Shown piece after piece: positions 1 to 12,200 of a stretch of DNA of 64,000 nt. Source of the DNA: Macrostomum lignano (lineage: Eukaryota). The position numbers and the translations under genes were made by a program. Location of the stretch: assembly GCA_002269645.1 (NCBI GenBank), contig NIVC01001950.1, positions 62,001 through 126,000 on the forward strand, read 5' to 3'. The stretch's first letter is position 1. Each line of letters opens with the position of its first letter. A model generated the notes under the pieces. That model worked only from the letters and a program-made list of their open reading frames with translations. It was not told where the DNA came from and did no database searches.

Positions 1-406
1 TTTGGGCTGGTCTGCAGGGCTGGCCATAGACTGTTGCTACCCAGTTTTGGGCTGGTCAGCAGGGCTGGCTATAGACTGTTGCTACCCAGTTTTGGGCTGG
101 TCAGCAGGGCTGGCCATAGACTGTTGCTACCAGTTTTGGGCTGGTCAGCAGGGCTGGCCATAGACTATTGCTACCCAGTTTTGGGCTGGTCAGCAGGGCT
201 GGCCATAGACTATTGCTACCCAGTTTTGGGCTGGTCAGCAGGGCTGGCCATAGACTATTGCTACCCAGTTTTGGGCTGGTCAGCAGGGCTGGCCATAGAC
301 TATTGCTACCCAGTTTTGGGTTGGTCAGCAGGGCTGGCCATAGACTATTGCTACCCAGTTTTGGGTTGGTCAGCAGGGCTGGCCATAGACTATTGCTACC
401 CAGTTT
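1..406. repeat. ~45-bp minisatellite (TTTGGGCTGGTCAGCAGGGCTGGCCATAGACTATTGCTACCCAGT), ~9 copies, intronic in the ion channel gene
   Basis: Tandem copies visible directly; the ORFs at 34-455 are translations of this repeat. Confidence 0.95.
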
Positions 407-597
407 AACACACTCTGCTATGCACACAGTGGTCTCAAACTTATTTCTAAGATAAATCGCTTTTAGTGTCTCTATTATACTGCAATTTTCTTAAGATACA
501 CCGCGATATGTGATATGTGATTATCAGAATGTCTTCAAGGACTTTAAGTCAGTGCTATGACGGATCGCTCATTTCTAAAAGTACATTTCAAGCTAAC

Positions 598-642
598 CTG
601 TTCAAGCCAAACGTTTGTCGTTAGAACCTGGTTGACCTCGTC
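598..642 (-). CDS. Cys-loop ligand-gated ion channel (nAChR-like) shared exon, DEVNQVLTTNVWLEQ; gene continues beyond the left edge
   Basis: 45-bp phase 0/0 exon with tttcag acceptor and gttagc donor; the peptide matches the nAChR DEKNQxLTTNVWLxQ segment. Confidence 0.9.
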
Positions 643-756
643 CTGAAACAGAAAGAAAACAATAATGGATAATATTATTCAGAAGCTTTCAGTTGCTTTC
701 AAGTTAGATAATTAAGGTATAAAAAATCTTGATAAATGACTGCAGGTATGGCAAAC

Positions 757-914
757 CATATCCGTGATGAGGATCAGTGCGAAGCCGAACGTCACCGTAA
801 CCTGATCGGACGCGTTGATCACCGGACGAACGGAGGCGTCATAACGCTGCATCATCGCCTCCATCAGTCTTTGTTCGTCCGGTTTAACCCGACCAGGCCT
901 GGGTTCGAGCGCTC
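757..914 (-). CDS. nAChR-like N-terminal exon B (..KPDEQRLMEAMMQRYDASVRPVINASDQVTVTFGFALILITDM)
   Basis: Read from the minus strand (not in the ORF track). Matches the N-terminal helix, RP motif and beta1 of Cys-loop receptors. Donor ATG/gtttgc is phase 0; tandem cagcag acceptor at 914/917 is phase 1. Confidence 0.8.
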
Positions 915-964
915 CTGCTGGGGTGGTGATTGGTGGGGAATCAGGGAGGATAAACCAAACTCAC

Positions 965-1189
965 CAGCTGAGAGATCTGAACCATGGCTATCTGGAATCG
1001 AACTTCAACAGTTTTGCCAGCATGAATTGTCGGTCTGGATGCCGGATCGTACGAGGACAATATTCGATGCAGAAGTCTTTGTTCGTCAGTCCAAGTGGAC
1101 TGATTGAACGCAGAGCATTCGCTGCATCTGCTGGCTACAAAGACTATGATGGAACAAAGAGTCAAGAGTCCAGTTGGTCTGCCGTGCAT
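965..1189 (-). CDS. nAChR-like first coding exon A with signal peptide (MHGRPTGLLTLCSIIVFVASRCSECSA..DEQRLLHRILSSYDPASRP..VRFQIAMVQISQL)
   Basis: ATG at 1189, hydrophobic signal-like segment, EQRLL/YD/RP motif, CTG/gtgagt phase 0 donor at 964. Confidence 0.85.
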
Positions 1190-2039
1190 GTCTGTGATGT
1201 CCCTTGTTCGAGAGGCGTGTAGCAAAAGGAATCCACAAGCGACGGTATGGCCTTTTTAGTAGAGATTCGCCACTCGCAATTCGTCAGTTGATTTGTCAAC
1301 AGACCATGGGGAAGAGAGAGACAGACTCAGCTCGCAGCTTGTCCCTCTATTCTCAGTCTTCCTCCCGCCTTGCCTGGTCGAATTTGTGGAGCAGTTCGAA
1401 GCAAGAACTCAAAATGCCACGTCGCCTCGCTTTGTAACACGCCTCAGCGGCCCTTTGCTCTACCTCTGATCTATATTGACTGGGATAACTTCGTTATTCA
1501 GACTGTGGTGAGCTTTTAGGCCTCTCCTGATCATCTGCTTGCTGCCTACTGGGTGCACGCGAGCATCAAAATATGTTTTTCTTTTTTGACAAAAAACACT
1601 TTTTTATGCAGGTGTTTTTCTGCTTTAATTCAGCAGCATTATAATTAATTTTCGCTGTCAGAGAAATTCTTTATTTCGATTTTTTACAATTAACTACGAG
1701 TAATAAAATCGTCGTTATTATTTTTTTTTACTACTGACAGCAGACTGTTGAGGTATTTGTTGAATTTTTCTAGTTGGGAATCTTTGAGAAGTTTTTCTTC
1801 GAATCTTAGAGTTTTCAGTTAATCCTCATGATCCAAGCTCCAGCTCAATGCACACTGAGACGGATTAAGGGAGCTTTCTAGGAAACTCCTGCTCAGATTT
1901 GATGATAAATTGATGCTGCTGAGTTGAAAATGCATCAAACCCTGGTGAAGGATTATTTAAAACGTTCCTGAGTTTTACGGCTTAACAGGTTTTGCTAGTT
2001 GGGTTACAGTTTGCAGGCTTTGAGCTCCACTGCTCAGTT

Positions 2040-2645
2040 GTAGTTTTTGTAGTTTGTGAGAGTTTTTGTAGTTTGTGAGAGTTTCTGTAGTTTGTGAGAG
2101 TTTTTGTAGTTTGTGAGAGTTTTTGTAGTTTGCGAGAGTTTCTGTCTAGTTTGTGAGAGTTTCTGTTTAGTTTGTGAGAGTTTCTGTGTAGTTTGTGAGA
2201 GTTTCTGTTTAGTTTGTGAGAGTTTCTGTTTAGTTTGTGAGAGTTTCTGTTTAGTTTGTGAGAGTTTCTGTTTAGTTTGTGAGAGTTTCTGTTTAGTTTG
2301 TGAGAGTTTCTGTTTAGTTTGTGAGAGTTTCTGTGTAGTTTGTGAGAGTTTCTGTCTAGTTTGTGGGAGTTTCTGTCTAGTTTGTGGGAGTTTCTGTTTA
2401 GTTTGTGAGAGTTTCTGTTTAGTTTGTGAGAGTTTCTGTCTAGTTTATGAGAGTTTCTGTCTAGTTTATGAGAGTTTCTGTCTAGTTTGTGAGAGTTTCT
2501 GTTTAGTTTGTGAGAGTTTCTGTTTAGTTTGTGAGAGTTTCTGTTTAGTTTGTGAGAGTGTCTGTTTAGTTTGTGAGAGTTTCTGTTTAGTTTGTGAGAG
2601 TTTCTGTTTAGTTTGTGAGAGTTTCTGTTTAGTTTGTGAGACTTT
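2040..2645. repeat. 21-bp minisatellite (GTTTGTGAGAGTTTCTGTTTA)
   Basis: Direct tandem repeat; explains ORFs 1982-2674 and 2113-2655. Confidence 0.95.
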
Positions 2646-3289
2646 CTGCTGTTAAAAAATCTTTCAAAACGCAATTAGAAACTATTCTAAATTAAAAGTG
2701 GTCAATTTAGTCCCTAGGAAACTGCTCAAAATGTCATTGCTGTGACATCCTAAAAAAGAGTTTTCCCACGAAGTACACGTAACACCGAATCAAATTACCT
2801 TCACTTTAACTAACTTTTGGCTCTCCAGTGCCCCAACAAAACAACTAAGAAAGTTAATCAAGTCAAGCTCACTCAACCCTACCTGAGACTTGAGTAGCTA
2901 CAGTGCCAGAAACCAGAAGCAGACTTGAAGAAGCAGCAAAGATTAAAAGCAGGCTTTTCTTCAACAAGAAGTTGTCGAGTGCTTGAAGAGCCATTCTGAA
3001 CTGCTGTTCAACTCAATTTTCTGTTGATAAAAACCTTGAAGATTTTCAGCCTCTCTGCTTCATCTGCGGTTACCATGGGTGGGGGGAAGTGATCTTATGC
3101 TCTCGAAGGAAGCTGGGAACAGATGGAGCAGCTAAGTTCACTCCCATTGGTTGCCACGGTGCAGAAACTTCGTAAGAATTTTCAGCTAGCAAAGAGGCAA
3201 AAGAGTTCTTGTCTGAGTGTGAATTTAATTTAATTCAGTCTGTTCAGACAGTGATCAAAGCAGCGCTCAAGTCAGTGACATAAGTCTCT

Positions 3290-4405
3290 CATCAGTGACC
3301 TTGAGGCTGAAATCTGTGACCTTAACACTTAAATCAGTGACCTTGGGGATGAAAAAAGTGACCTTGACCCTTAAATCAGTGACCTTGACCCTCAAATCAG
3401 TGACCTTGACCCTCAAATCAGTGACCTTTACCCTCAAATCAGTGACCTTGACCCTCAAATCAGTGACCTTTACCCTCAAATCAGTTGACATTGACCCTCA
3501 AATCAGTGACCTTTACCCTCAAATCAGTGACATTGACCCTCAAATCAGTGACATTTACCCTCAAATCAATGACCTTGTCCCTCAAATCAGTTGACATTGG
3601 CCCTCAAATCAGTGACATTGACCCTCAAATCAGTGACATTGACCCTCAAATCAGTGACATTGACCCTCAAATCAGTTGACATTGGCCCTCAAATCAGTTG
3701 ACATTGACCCTCAAATCAGTTGACATTGACCCTCAAATCAGTGACATTGACCCTCAAATCAGTGACATTGACCCTCAAATCAGTGACATTGACCCTCAAA
3801 TCAGTTGACATTGGCCCTCAAATCAGTGACATTGACCCTCAAATCAGTTGACATTGACCCTCAAATCAGTGACATTGACCCTCAAATCAGTGACATTGAC
3901 CCTCAAATCAGTTGACATTGACCCTCAAATCAGTGACATTGACCCTCAAATCAGTTGACATTGACCCTCAAATCAGTGACATTGACCTTCAAATCAGTGA
4001 CATTTACCCTCAAATCAGTGACATTGGCCCTCAAATCAGTGACATTGGCCCTCAAATCAGTGACATTGACCCTCAAATCAGTGACATTGACCCTCAAATC
4101 AGTGACATTGACCTTCAAATCAGTGACATTTACCCTCAAATCAGTGACCTTGTCCCTCAAATCAGTGTCCTTGACCCTCAAATCAGTGACATTGACCCTC
4201 AAATCAGTGACCTTGTCCCTCAAATCAGTGACATTGACCCTCAAATCAGTGTCATTGACCCTCAAATCAGTGACCTTGTCCCTCAAATCAGTGACCTTGT
4301 CCCTCAAATCAGTGACATTGACCCTCAAATCAGTGTCATTGACCCTCAAATCAGTGAAATGTCCCTCAAATCACTGACCTTAACACTCAAATCAGTGACC
4401 TTGAC
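3290..4405. repeat. 21/22-bp minisatellite (AAATCAGTGACATTGACCCTC), ~50 copies
   Basis: Direct tandem repeat with single-T indel variants. Confidence 0.95.
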
Positions 4406-4821
4406 GGTAATGTCAGTGAAATTAGCAAATTTTCAAATCGACATTTTTCATCAACCGAGCTGATCATATCGATTGGTATATCACATTGGCCCAGCGCCAT
4501 AAAAACATTTGGGCGGTTCACTTCACTTATAGCTTCATTACAGCCTTACGGTTTAAGATACATTTTATGATCTTTCGTGCGCAATTTCGCACTACGGGCC
4601 AAGGGATTTAGCAACGGGTACGCAGCTTAAAGTCTTCCTAATTGGCTATGGCTTCCGGTCTAATTTTTTTCGGGGTTGAACCCGTCTGTTTTCTTGACTT
4701 ATCTGTGCCTGTCTGATAGTACTCGTAGGTTCACCAATGGCAGACCGCAATGTCCTTTATGGCTGAAGCTAAATATGCTGCCAGTTGCCATTAGTTAAGA
4801 ATTCTCGCTTCTGCCGTAACA

Positions 4822-5615
4822 ACTCTCCCTTCTCTCCCTCTCACCTCCTCCCTCTCCCTTCTCTCCTCTCCCGTCTCTCCCTCTCACTTCTCTCCCTCTC
4901 ACCTCCTCCCTCTCCCTTCTCTCCTCTCCCGTCTCTCCCTCTCACCTCCTCCCTCTCCCTTCTCTCGCTCTCCCTTCTCTCCCTCTCACCTCCTCCATCT
5001 CCCTTCTCTCCTCTCCCGTCTCTCCCTCTCACTTCTCTCCCTCTCACCTCCTCCCTCTCCCTTCTCTCCTCTCCCGTCTCTCCCTCTCACCTCCTCCCTC
5101 TCCCTTCTCTCGCTCTCCCTTCTCTCCCTCTCACCTCCTCCATCTCCCTTCTCTCCTCTCCCGTCTCTCCCTCTCCCTTCTCTCCCTATCACCTCCTCCC
5201 TCTCTCTTCTCTCCTCTCCAGTCTCTCCCTCTCACCTCCTCCCTCTCCCTTCTCTCGCTCTCCCTTCTCTCCCTCTCACCTCCTCCCTCTCCCTTCTCTC
5301 CTCTCCAGTCTCTCCCTCTCACCTCCTCCCTCTCCCTTCTCTCCTCTCCCTTCTCTCCCTCTCACTTCTCTCCCTCTCACCTCTTCCCTCTCCCTTCTCT
5401 CCCTCTCACCTCCTCCCTCTCCCTTCTCTCCTCTCCAGTCTCTCCCTCTCACCTCCTCCCTCTCCCTTCTCTCCCTCTCCCTTCTCTCCCTCTCCCTTCT
5501 CTCCCTCTCCCTTCTCTCCCTCTCCCTTCTCTCCCTCTCCCTTCTCTCCCTCTCACCTCCTCCCTCTCCCTTCTCTTCCTCTCCCTTCTCTCCCTCTCCC
5601 TTCTCTCCTCTCCTC

Positions 5616-5702
<87 letters not shown>
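4822..5702. repeat. Polypyrimidine low-complexity tract ending in (CT)n
   Basis: CT-only sequence; pure (CT)n at about 5620-5702. Confidence 0.95.
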
Positions 5703-5704
<2 letters not shown>

Positions 5705-6243
5705 CTTCTCCCGTCCTTACGTTTACTAGCTAAAAATGAACTTATATTTCGGTTGCAAGATCTGCCTGCCAGCCACGCCAAGCCCCCCCCCCACCGCACT
5801 GCATATTTCTATAAAACTGTCTGGGCTACCCGCTATCACACTGCATCTGGCATCCTTGTGTCTGACAGACTCTCAGCCAAGCTCAACTCCGCAGCCCCTT
5901 ACTCGCTGTCTTTTTGTCCTGAGTTGAATAGACAATACTCGTATGCATTCAGTTTAGCCCGTTTTCTGTACAAGTGCTTCTGCACTTACGAGTATAATAT
6001 AGTATATATACTTTTGAATATCGCTAATATTAATTAAAATCCTGAATCGTAATGGGGCACACTGAAGTCCCTTTTTACAAGGCAGCAATATGACTCACCC
6101 TGCGCTACTATATTTAGATTTATTTTATAGCTATCCTTGATGCCAAAAAAATTATTCATCTACTTAACCTAAACACATCGGAGCTATAGGAGCCTGGCTT
6201 GGCAAATTTGAGAACCCTAATTCACTGCAGGGCCCGTGTTTTC

Positions 6244-9200
6244 ATGGCTGCAATTAACGTTGTCAGCTGGCTCCTGATTCTGGGGCTGTTGTCTCACTGT
6301 TCAGCCACAAATATTCGACTCAATACCGATTACAGGCTTGATAACATTCTGATTTTAGTTCAGAATGAAAACTTTGCCTCGGTTGATAACATGAAGGCGC
6401 TTAAAGTGAGTCAGGCTGTTTTCAGAATAAAAAATATTTGTTATCGTATTTTCTATGGTAACTGCCACATACAGACTCTCATCCCATCTCACCTCCACTC
6501 TCACCCCGGTCCCCATCTCACCTCCACTCTCACCGCATTTCTCCTGCACTCTCACCCCATCTCTTCTCTACTCTCACCCAATCTCACCTCCACTCTCACC
6601 CCATCTCTCCTCCACTCTCACCCCATCTCTTCTCTACTCTCACCCCATCTCTACTTCACTCTCACCCAATCTCACCTCCACTCTCACCTAATCTCACATC
6701 CACTCTCACCCCATCTCTCCTTCACTCTCATCCAATCTCACCTCCACTCTCACCTAATCTCACATCCACTCTCACCCCATCTCTCCTCCACTCTCACCCA
6801 ATCTCACCTCCATTCTCACCTAATCTCACATCCACTATCACCCAATCTCACCTCCACTCTCACCCCATCTCACCTCCACTCTCACCCCATCTCACCTCCA
6901 CTCTCACCCCATCTCACCTCCACTCTCACCCCAAGTCACCTCCACTCTTACCCCATCTCACCTCCAACCTCACCCCTTCCATCCGCAGGGCTATCTAGCC
7001 TATGTTTCGCACCAGATGGCCCGAGCAACCGAGGCTGTTGGGCGGCGCATTTCCATTAATACTGTCCGCCTGCTGGTTCCGCCAAGTAAAATCGCTGAGC
7101 TAAAGAATGCTGGCGTCTTCCCGTCCATGCCCGCCACCTGGGAATCCGAGGTCTCCGCCGATGTCGTGCTGGAGAATCCTGGTGGAAAAGTGAAGGCAAT
7201 CCCGGCCGATGAGTGCTACGGGCCAAACAAATGGATTAAAATGCCCGAATACACGGTTCGGAGGAACGGTGAGTGACAAGTTCGCGTGTCGCTTCCATGT
7301 GAGAGCTGGAAGGTAGGCGAAATGGGCCTGAGCCCTCTCCAACCTTTCCCTGTCTGTCTGTCTGACTGTCTGTCCCTGTCTCCAACCTCTTCCTGTCTGT
7401 CTGTCTGACTGTCTGTCCCTGTCTCCAACCTCTCCCTGTCTGTCTGTCCCTGTCTCCAACCTCTTCCTGTCTGTCTGTCTGACTGTCTGTCCCTGTCTCC
7501 AACCTCTCCCTGTCTGTCTGTCCCTGTCTCCAACCTCTCCCTGTATGTCTGTCCCCGTCTCCAACCTCTCCCTGTCTGTCTGTCCCTGTCTCCAACCTGT
7601 CCCTGTCTGTCTATCCTTGTCTCCAACCTGTCCCTGTCTGTCTGTCCCTGTCTCCAACCTCTCCCTGTCTGTCTGCCCATGTCTCCAACCTCTCCCTGTC
7701 TGTCTGTCCCTGTCTCCAACCTCTCCCTGTCTGTCTGTCCCTGTCTCCAACCTCTCCCTGTATGTCTGTCCCCGTCTCCAACCTCTCCCTGTCTGTCTGT
7801 CCCTGTCTCCAACCTGTCCCTGTCTGTCTGTCCCTGTCTCCAACCTCTCCCTGTCTGTCTGCCCATGTCTCCAACCTCTCCCTGTCTGTCTGCCCATGTC
7901 TCCAACCTCTCCCTGTCTGTCTGCCCATGTCTCCAACCTCTCCCTGTCTGTCTGCCCATGTCTCCAACCTCTCCCTGTCTGTCTGTCCCTGTCTCCAACC
8001 CCGTCTCTTTCTCAAAAGCAGAGAAAGCAATGCTGTTTACTTTCCTTGATTCATCTATTGATTGAATTCCAGCAACTGCCAATAGTTTTCTCCGCGAGCT
8101 GTCCATCTACCTGTGGGGCCTGCTGTCAGAGTCGGTCAGCGGAGTGCAGTTCTATCAGGATGGTAGCGGCACTTTCCAGCCCTCCGTGTGCAGCTCGAAC
8201 ATGCCAGGGCAGTACAGGTTGCGCAACAGCATCTCCAGCGGTACAGACAGCAGCAGCATCTGTCTCAGCGAGCTGGTACGCCTTGAGAACTTCTCGCTGG
8301 CTAAAATGCAGGAGATCTGCGAGTTCACCCCGAAACCCAGCCCAACGGGAAACAATTGGGGCAGCATACTGAGCCAGCCGGTCAGTCTGTTCTGCGACAG
8401 CAAGTCGTTCAACAACGACACGAGAGTTCACCACAGCAGCCAAGTGCCGAATCCATTCAACAGAGCCTGCGGCGGTCTGTCAGCTGGTGAAGTTCTTCGA
8501 AAGCATCCGCATTTTCTGCCAACCACACCTGGTGCATCGGTGCAAGAAACCCAGCCAACGGTGCTACTCGTGGAAAAGAGCGCATTCAGGGATGTCGTGC
8601 TGGTGCTGGACGTGTCTGGGAGCATGAATGGGGTGAGCTTGTTTGGGCAAAGTATAACGTACCGACATTGACCTTGGCTGCTATGTGACCTTGAGAATCC
8701 ATATGACCCATATGACTCATCATGACTATAGTGACCGATTTTTTAAAATGGTCCACACTGCGAATGACCCATCTCCCATGACCCATATTGCCAATGACCC
8801 ATCTCCCATGACCCATATTGCCAATGACCCATCTCTTATGACCCATATTGCCAATGATCCATCTCCCATGACCCATATTGCCAATGACTCATCTTTCATG
8901 ACCCACATTGTAAATGACCAATATCCTATGACACACATTGCGAATGACCCAAATTGCGAATGACACAAAATGCGAATGACACAAAATGCGAATGACACAA
9001 AATGCGAATGACACAAAATGCGAATGACACAAAATGCGAATGACACAAAATGCGAATGACCCATCTCCCATGACCCAAATTGACATGAACCATCTCCAAT
9101 GACCAGCATTTGTAATGACACCATTCTGCAATGACCAGCATTTGGTAAAATTCTGCAAAACAATGCAATGCAACAAAGCTTCATTTCTGTCCCATTTCAG

Positions 9201-12200
9201 GATCGAATAAAGAACGAGATTCGCTCGGCAACCATCTATGTGAAATACTTCTTGGAAACCGGTGCCCGACTTTCAATTGTGAGCTTCAGCGCAACAGCTC
9301 GGGAACTGCAAACGCTGCTGAAGGTCACGGATGACTCAGTGAGAGAGCAGCTGGCCAAGAAAATTCAAAGCTTGGCGGCGGGAGGATCGACAAATATTTC
9401 TGGAGCCATCTACGAGGCGATGTCTGTAAGACCAAATTTTTTGTCGGGATAAGTTCTCTATGGTTCAAATTGGGTCAAATGATGCTGGATTCCCACAATG
9501 TACAAGTTTTGGTAGTTTAGAATGTAGGGAATGCAAGCATTGAAAAGAGTGCAGGGAGTGCAGGGAGTGCAGGGAGTACAGGGAGTGCAGGGAGTGCAGG
9601 GAGTGTAGGGAGTGTAGGGAGTGTAGGGAGTGCAGGGAGTGTAGGGAATGTAGGGAGTGCAGGGAGTACAGGGAGTGTAGGGAGTGTAAGGAATGTAGGG
9701 AGTGCAGGGAGTGCAGGGAGTGTAGGGAGTTCAGGGAGTGTAGGGAGTGCAGGGAGTGTAGGGAGTACAGGGAGTGTAGGGAGTGCAGGGTGTAGGGAAT
9801 GTAGGGAGTGCAGGGAGTGCAGGGAGTGCAGGGAGTCCTGTGGACTGCAGCAGTGCGAATGTCGTGAAGTGCCTGAGGACAACACTGACCAGAAGAGTCG
9901 CACCCGACCTACTCCGCATCAAAACGCAGATCCTCGGTGCCACCGCTCCGTACACCAAGTCGCAGACTGGTTTCGTAGTTCTGATCACGGACGGCGAGCA
10001 CAACACAGGCCCGAACTTGACTGTTGCTATCGAACAGGCTGCTAAGACCAGCATTGTATTCGACACCATCAGCATCAGCAGATACGCTGACGAGAGAATG
10101 GCCCGTCTAGCTAACCTGACCAACGGGCGCAGTACGTTCGTGTCGGAGAACACTCCCGCGAATGTTGAACTGGAGGTCTCCTTTGCAGATCTGGTGAAGC
10201 GGAGCGTTGGAGGCGGCGAGAATGCCGTTCTGGTGAGTTTTGAGAGACTCAGAAGGATAACGGCCTCTAGTAAGTGACTCAGAAGAACAAAGAGCTCCAT
10301 TAGGTGACTCAAAAAGACAAAGACCTCCATTAGGTGTCTCAAAAAGACAAAGACCTCCATTAGGTGACTCAAAAAGACAAAGACCTCCATTAGGTGACTC
10401 AAAAAGACAAAGACCTTCATTAGGTGACTCAAAAGGACAAAGACCTCCATTAGGTGACTCAGAAGGACAAAGACCTCCATTAGGTGACTCAAAAAGACAA
10501 AGACCTTCATTAGGTGACTCAAAAGGACAAAGAACTCCATTAGGTGACTCAAAAGGACAAAGACCTCCATTAGGTGACTCAGAAGGACAAAGACCTCCAT
10601 TAGGTGACTCAAAAGGACAAAGACCTCCATTAGGCGACTTAAAAAGACAAAGACCTCCATTAGGAGACTCAAAAAGACAAAGACCTCCATTAGGTGACTC
10701 AAAAAGACAAAGACCTCCATTAGGTGACTCAAAAGGACAAAGAGTTAGAATAAGTGACTCAGAATGCTAAAGACATTTTTTCTTCCGACTTTCGCAGCTT
10801 CAAACGTCCGCAATCACATTGCCAACCACAAGCGGCTCCGTGTCAGTGGGGGACACGGACATTCTGTACTTCATGATTTCCCTGCCAGGTACGACTTTGT
10901 CCACGGTGAACTTCACGGCTACCAGTCCTACAGGGACTGTCTATGGCAGGTTCAGTCCCGACCCCGGTGTGTACCAAATCGATACAGCCGTCAACACCAT
11001 AGTGATCAAGATCCCTCCGCATGAAGTTGTGGTAAGTGAAGCTTATAAATTCTCATTACCATAATTATTCGTGAGCTCAGATGAGAATTCTCAAGATTTT
11101 ATATTTTTATAAATGAGCAGCCGGGGACCTGGAACTGGTGGCTGACAGGAGCCAGCACTAGTGGAAGAAGAAAACGGAGTGCCGAGGAACTGGTGAGAAC
11201 TGCCTGTGTCCGGTGTCTAACAGTGCCCGTGTCTAACATTCCCCGTGTCTGACAGTCCCGTGTCTAACAGTCCCGTGTCTAACAGTCCCGTATCTAACAG
11301 TCCCGTGTCTAACAGTCCCGTGTCTAGCAGTCCCGTGTCTAACAGTCCCGTGTCTAACAGTCCCGTATCTAACAGTCCCATCTCTAACAGTCCCGTGTCT
11401 AACAGCCCCGTGTCTAACAGTCCAGTGTCTAACAGTCCCGTATCTAACAGTCCCATCTCTAACAGTCCCGTGTCTAACAGTCCCATCTCTAACAGTCCTG
11501 TGTCTAGCAGTGCCCGTGTCTAACAGTCCCATGTCTAACAGTCCCGTGTCTAACGTCCTGTGTCTAACAGTCCCTTGTCTAACAGTCCCTTGTCTAACAG
11601 TCCCATCTCTAACAGTCCCATCTCTAACAGTCCCCGTCTCTAACAGTCACATGTCTAACAGTCTTCAAAACCACTCCTATCAGCTCCTGATTCGTCGCGC
11701 TCGAAGTACATCATCTGGCAGCCTTATCGTGATTGGTGGAACCGGTAGCGCCAATTCCACCGTGCTGCTGGACACCTGGCTGCGAGTCTCCAGTTTTCCG
11801 CAGGTGAACCAGTTCAGCGTGCAGAAGATCTACGCCTACGTGACCAACAACAGCGCGCCTTTGACGGGCGCCATTCTGGAGGCCATGGTGGCGCCGTCAA
11901 GTGGGTCTCCTTTCACTGTCCAGCTCAAAGATGACGGGCTCGGTGAGTGAAGTTTTTCTGTTCCAGGAAGGGTGATGAAGGGGCTTGAGTTTTCTTCCCC
12001 TATGAGTGTTTGAAACTGGCGCAATCCTTAAAAAGGTGCCGACCTAACGGCCAACGATGGCATTTACGTGGCTCTCGTTCTGCCCGAGAAAATGACCTCG
12101 CAGGGTGACTACGGAGTGACCGTCACGATGACGTCACCCGTAAGTCGCACGTCTACGGCTGGCAAGTTTCGCGTGGAAAATGTGGCCTCAGCGCCAGTGA

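Noticed and set aside
1-4463. Regular repeats as CRISPR arrays, and ORFs 34-455, 1982-2674 and 3267-4463 as genes
   Set aside because: Units are head-to-tail with no unique spacers, there are no cas genes, and the context is eukaryotic; the ORFs are repeat translations open in several frames.
4785-5729. Long Ser/Leu/Pro-rich ORFs (also 15043-16103, 17365-17892, 18225-18957, 30746-31483, 31905-32629)
   Set aside because: They are translations of intronic or intergenic micro- and minisatellites and lie between well-defined splice sites.
9838-9929. Extra coding segment DCSSANVVKCLRTT upstream of CLCA1 exon 5
   Set aside because: The paralogue aligns only from ILGA/MLGA, and a cgcag acceptor at 9929 fits the phase.
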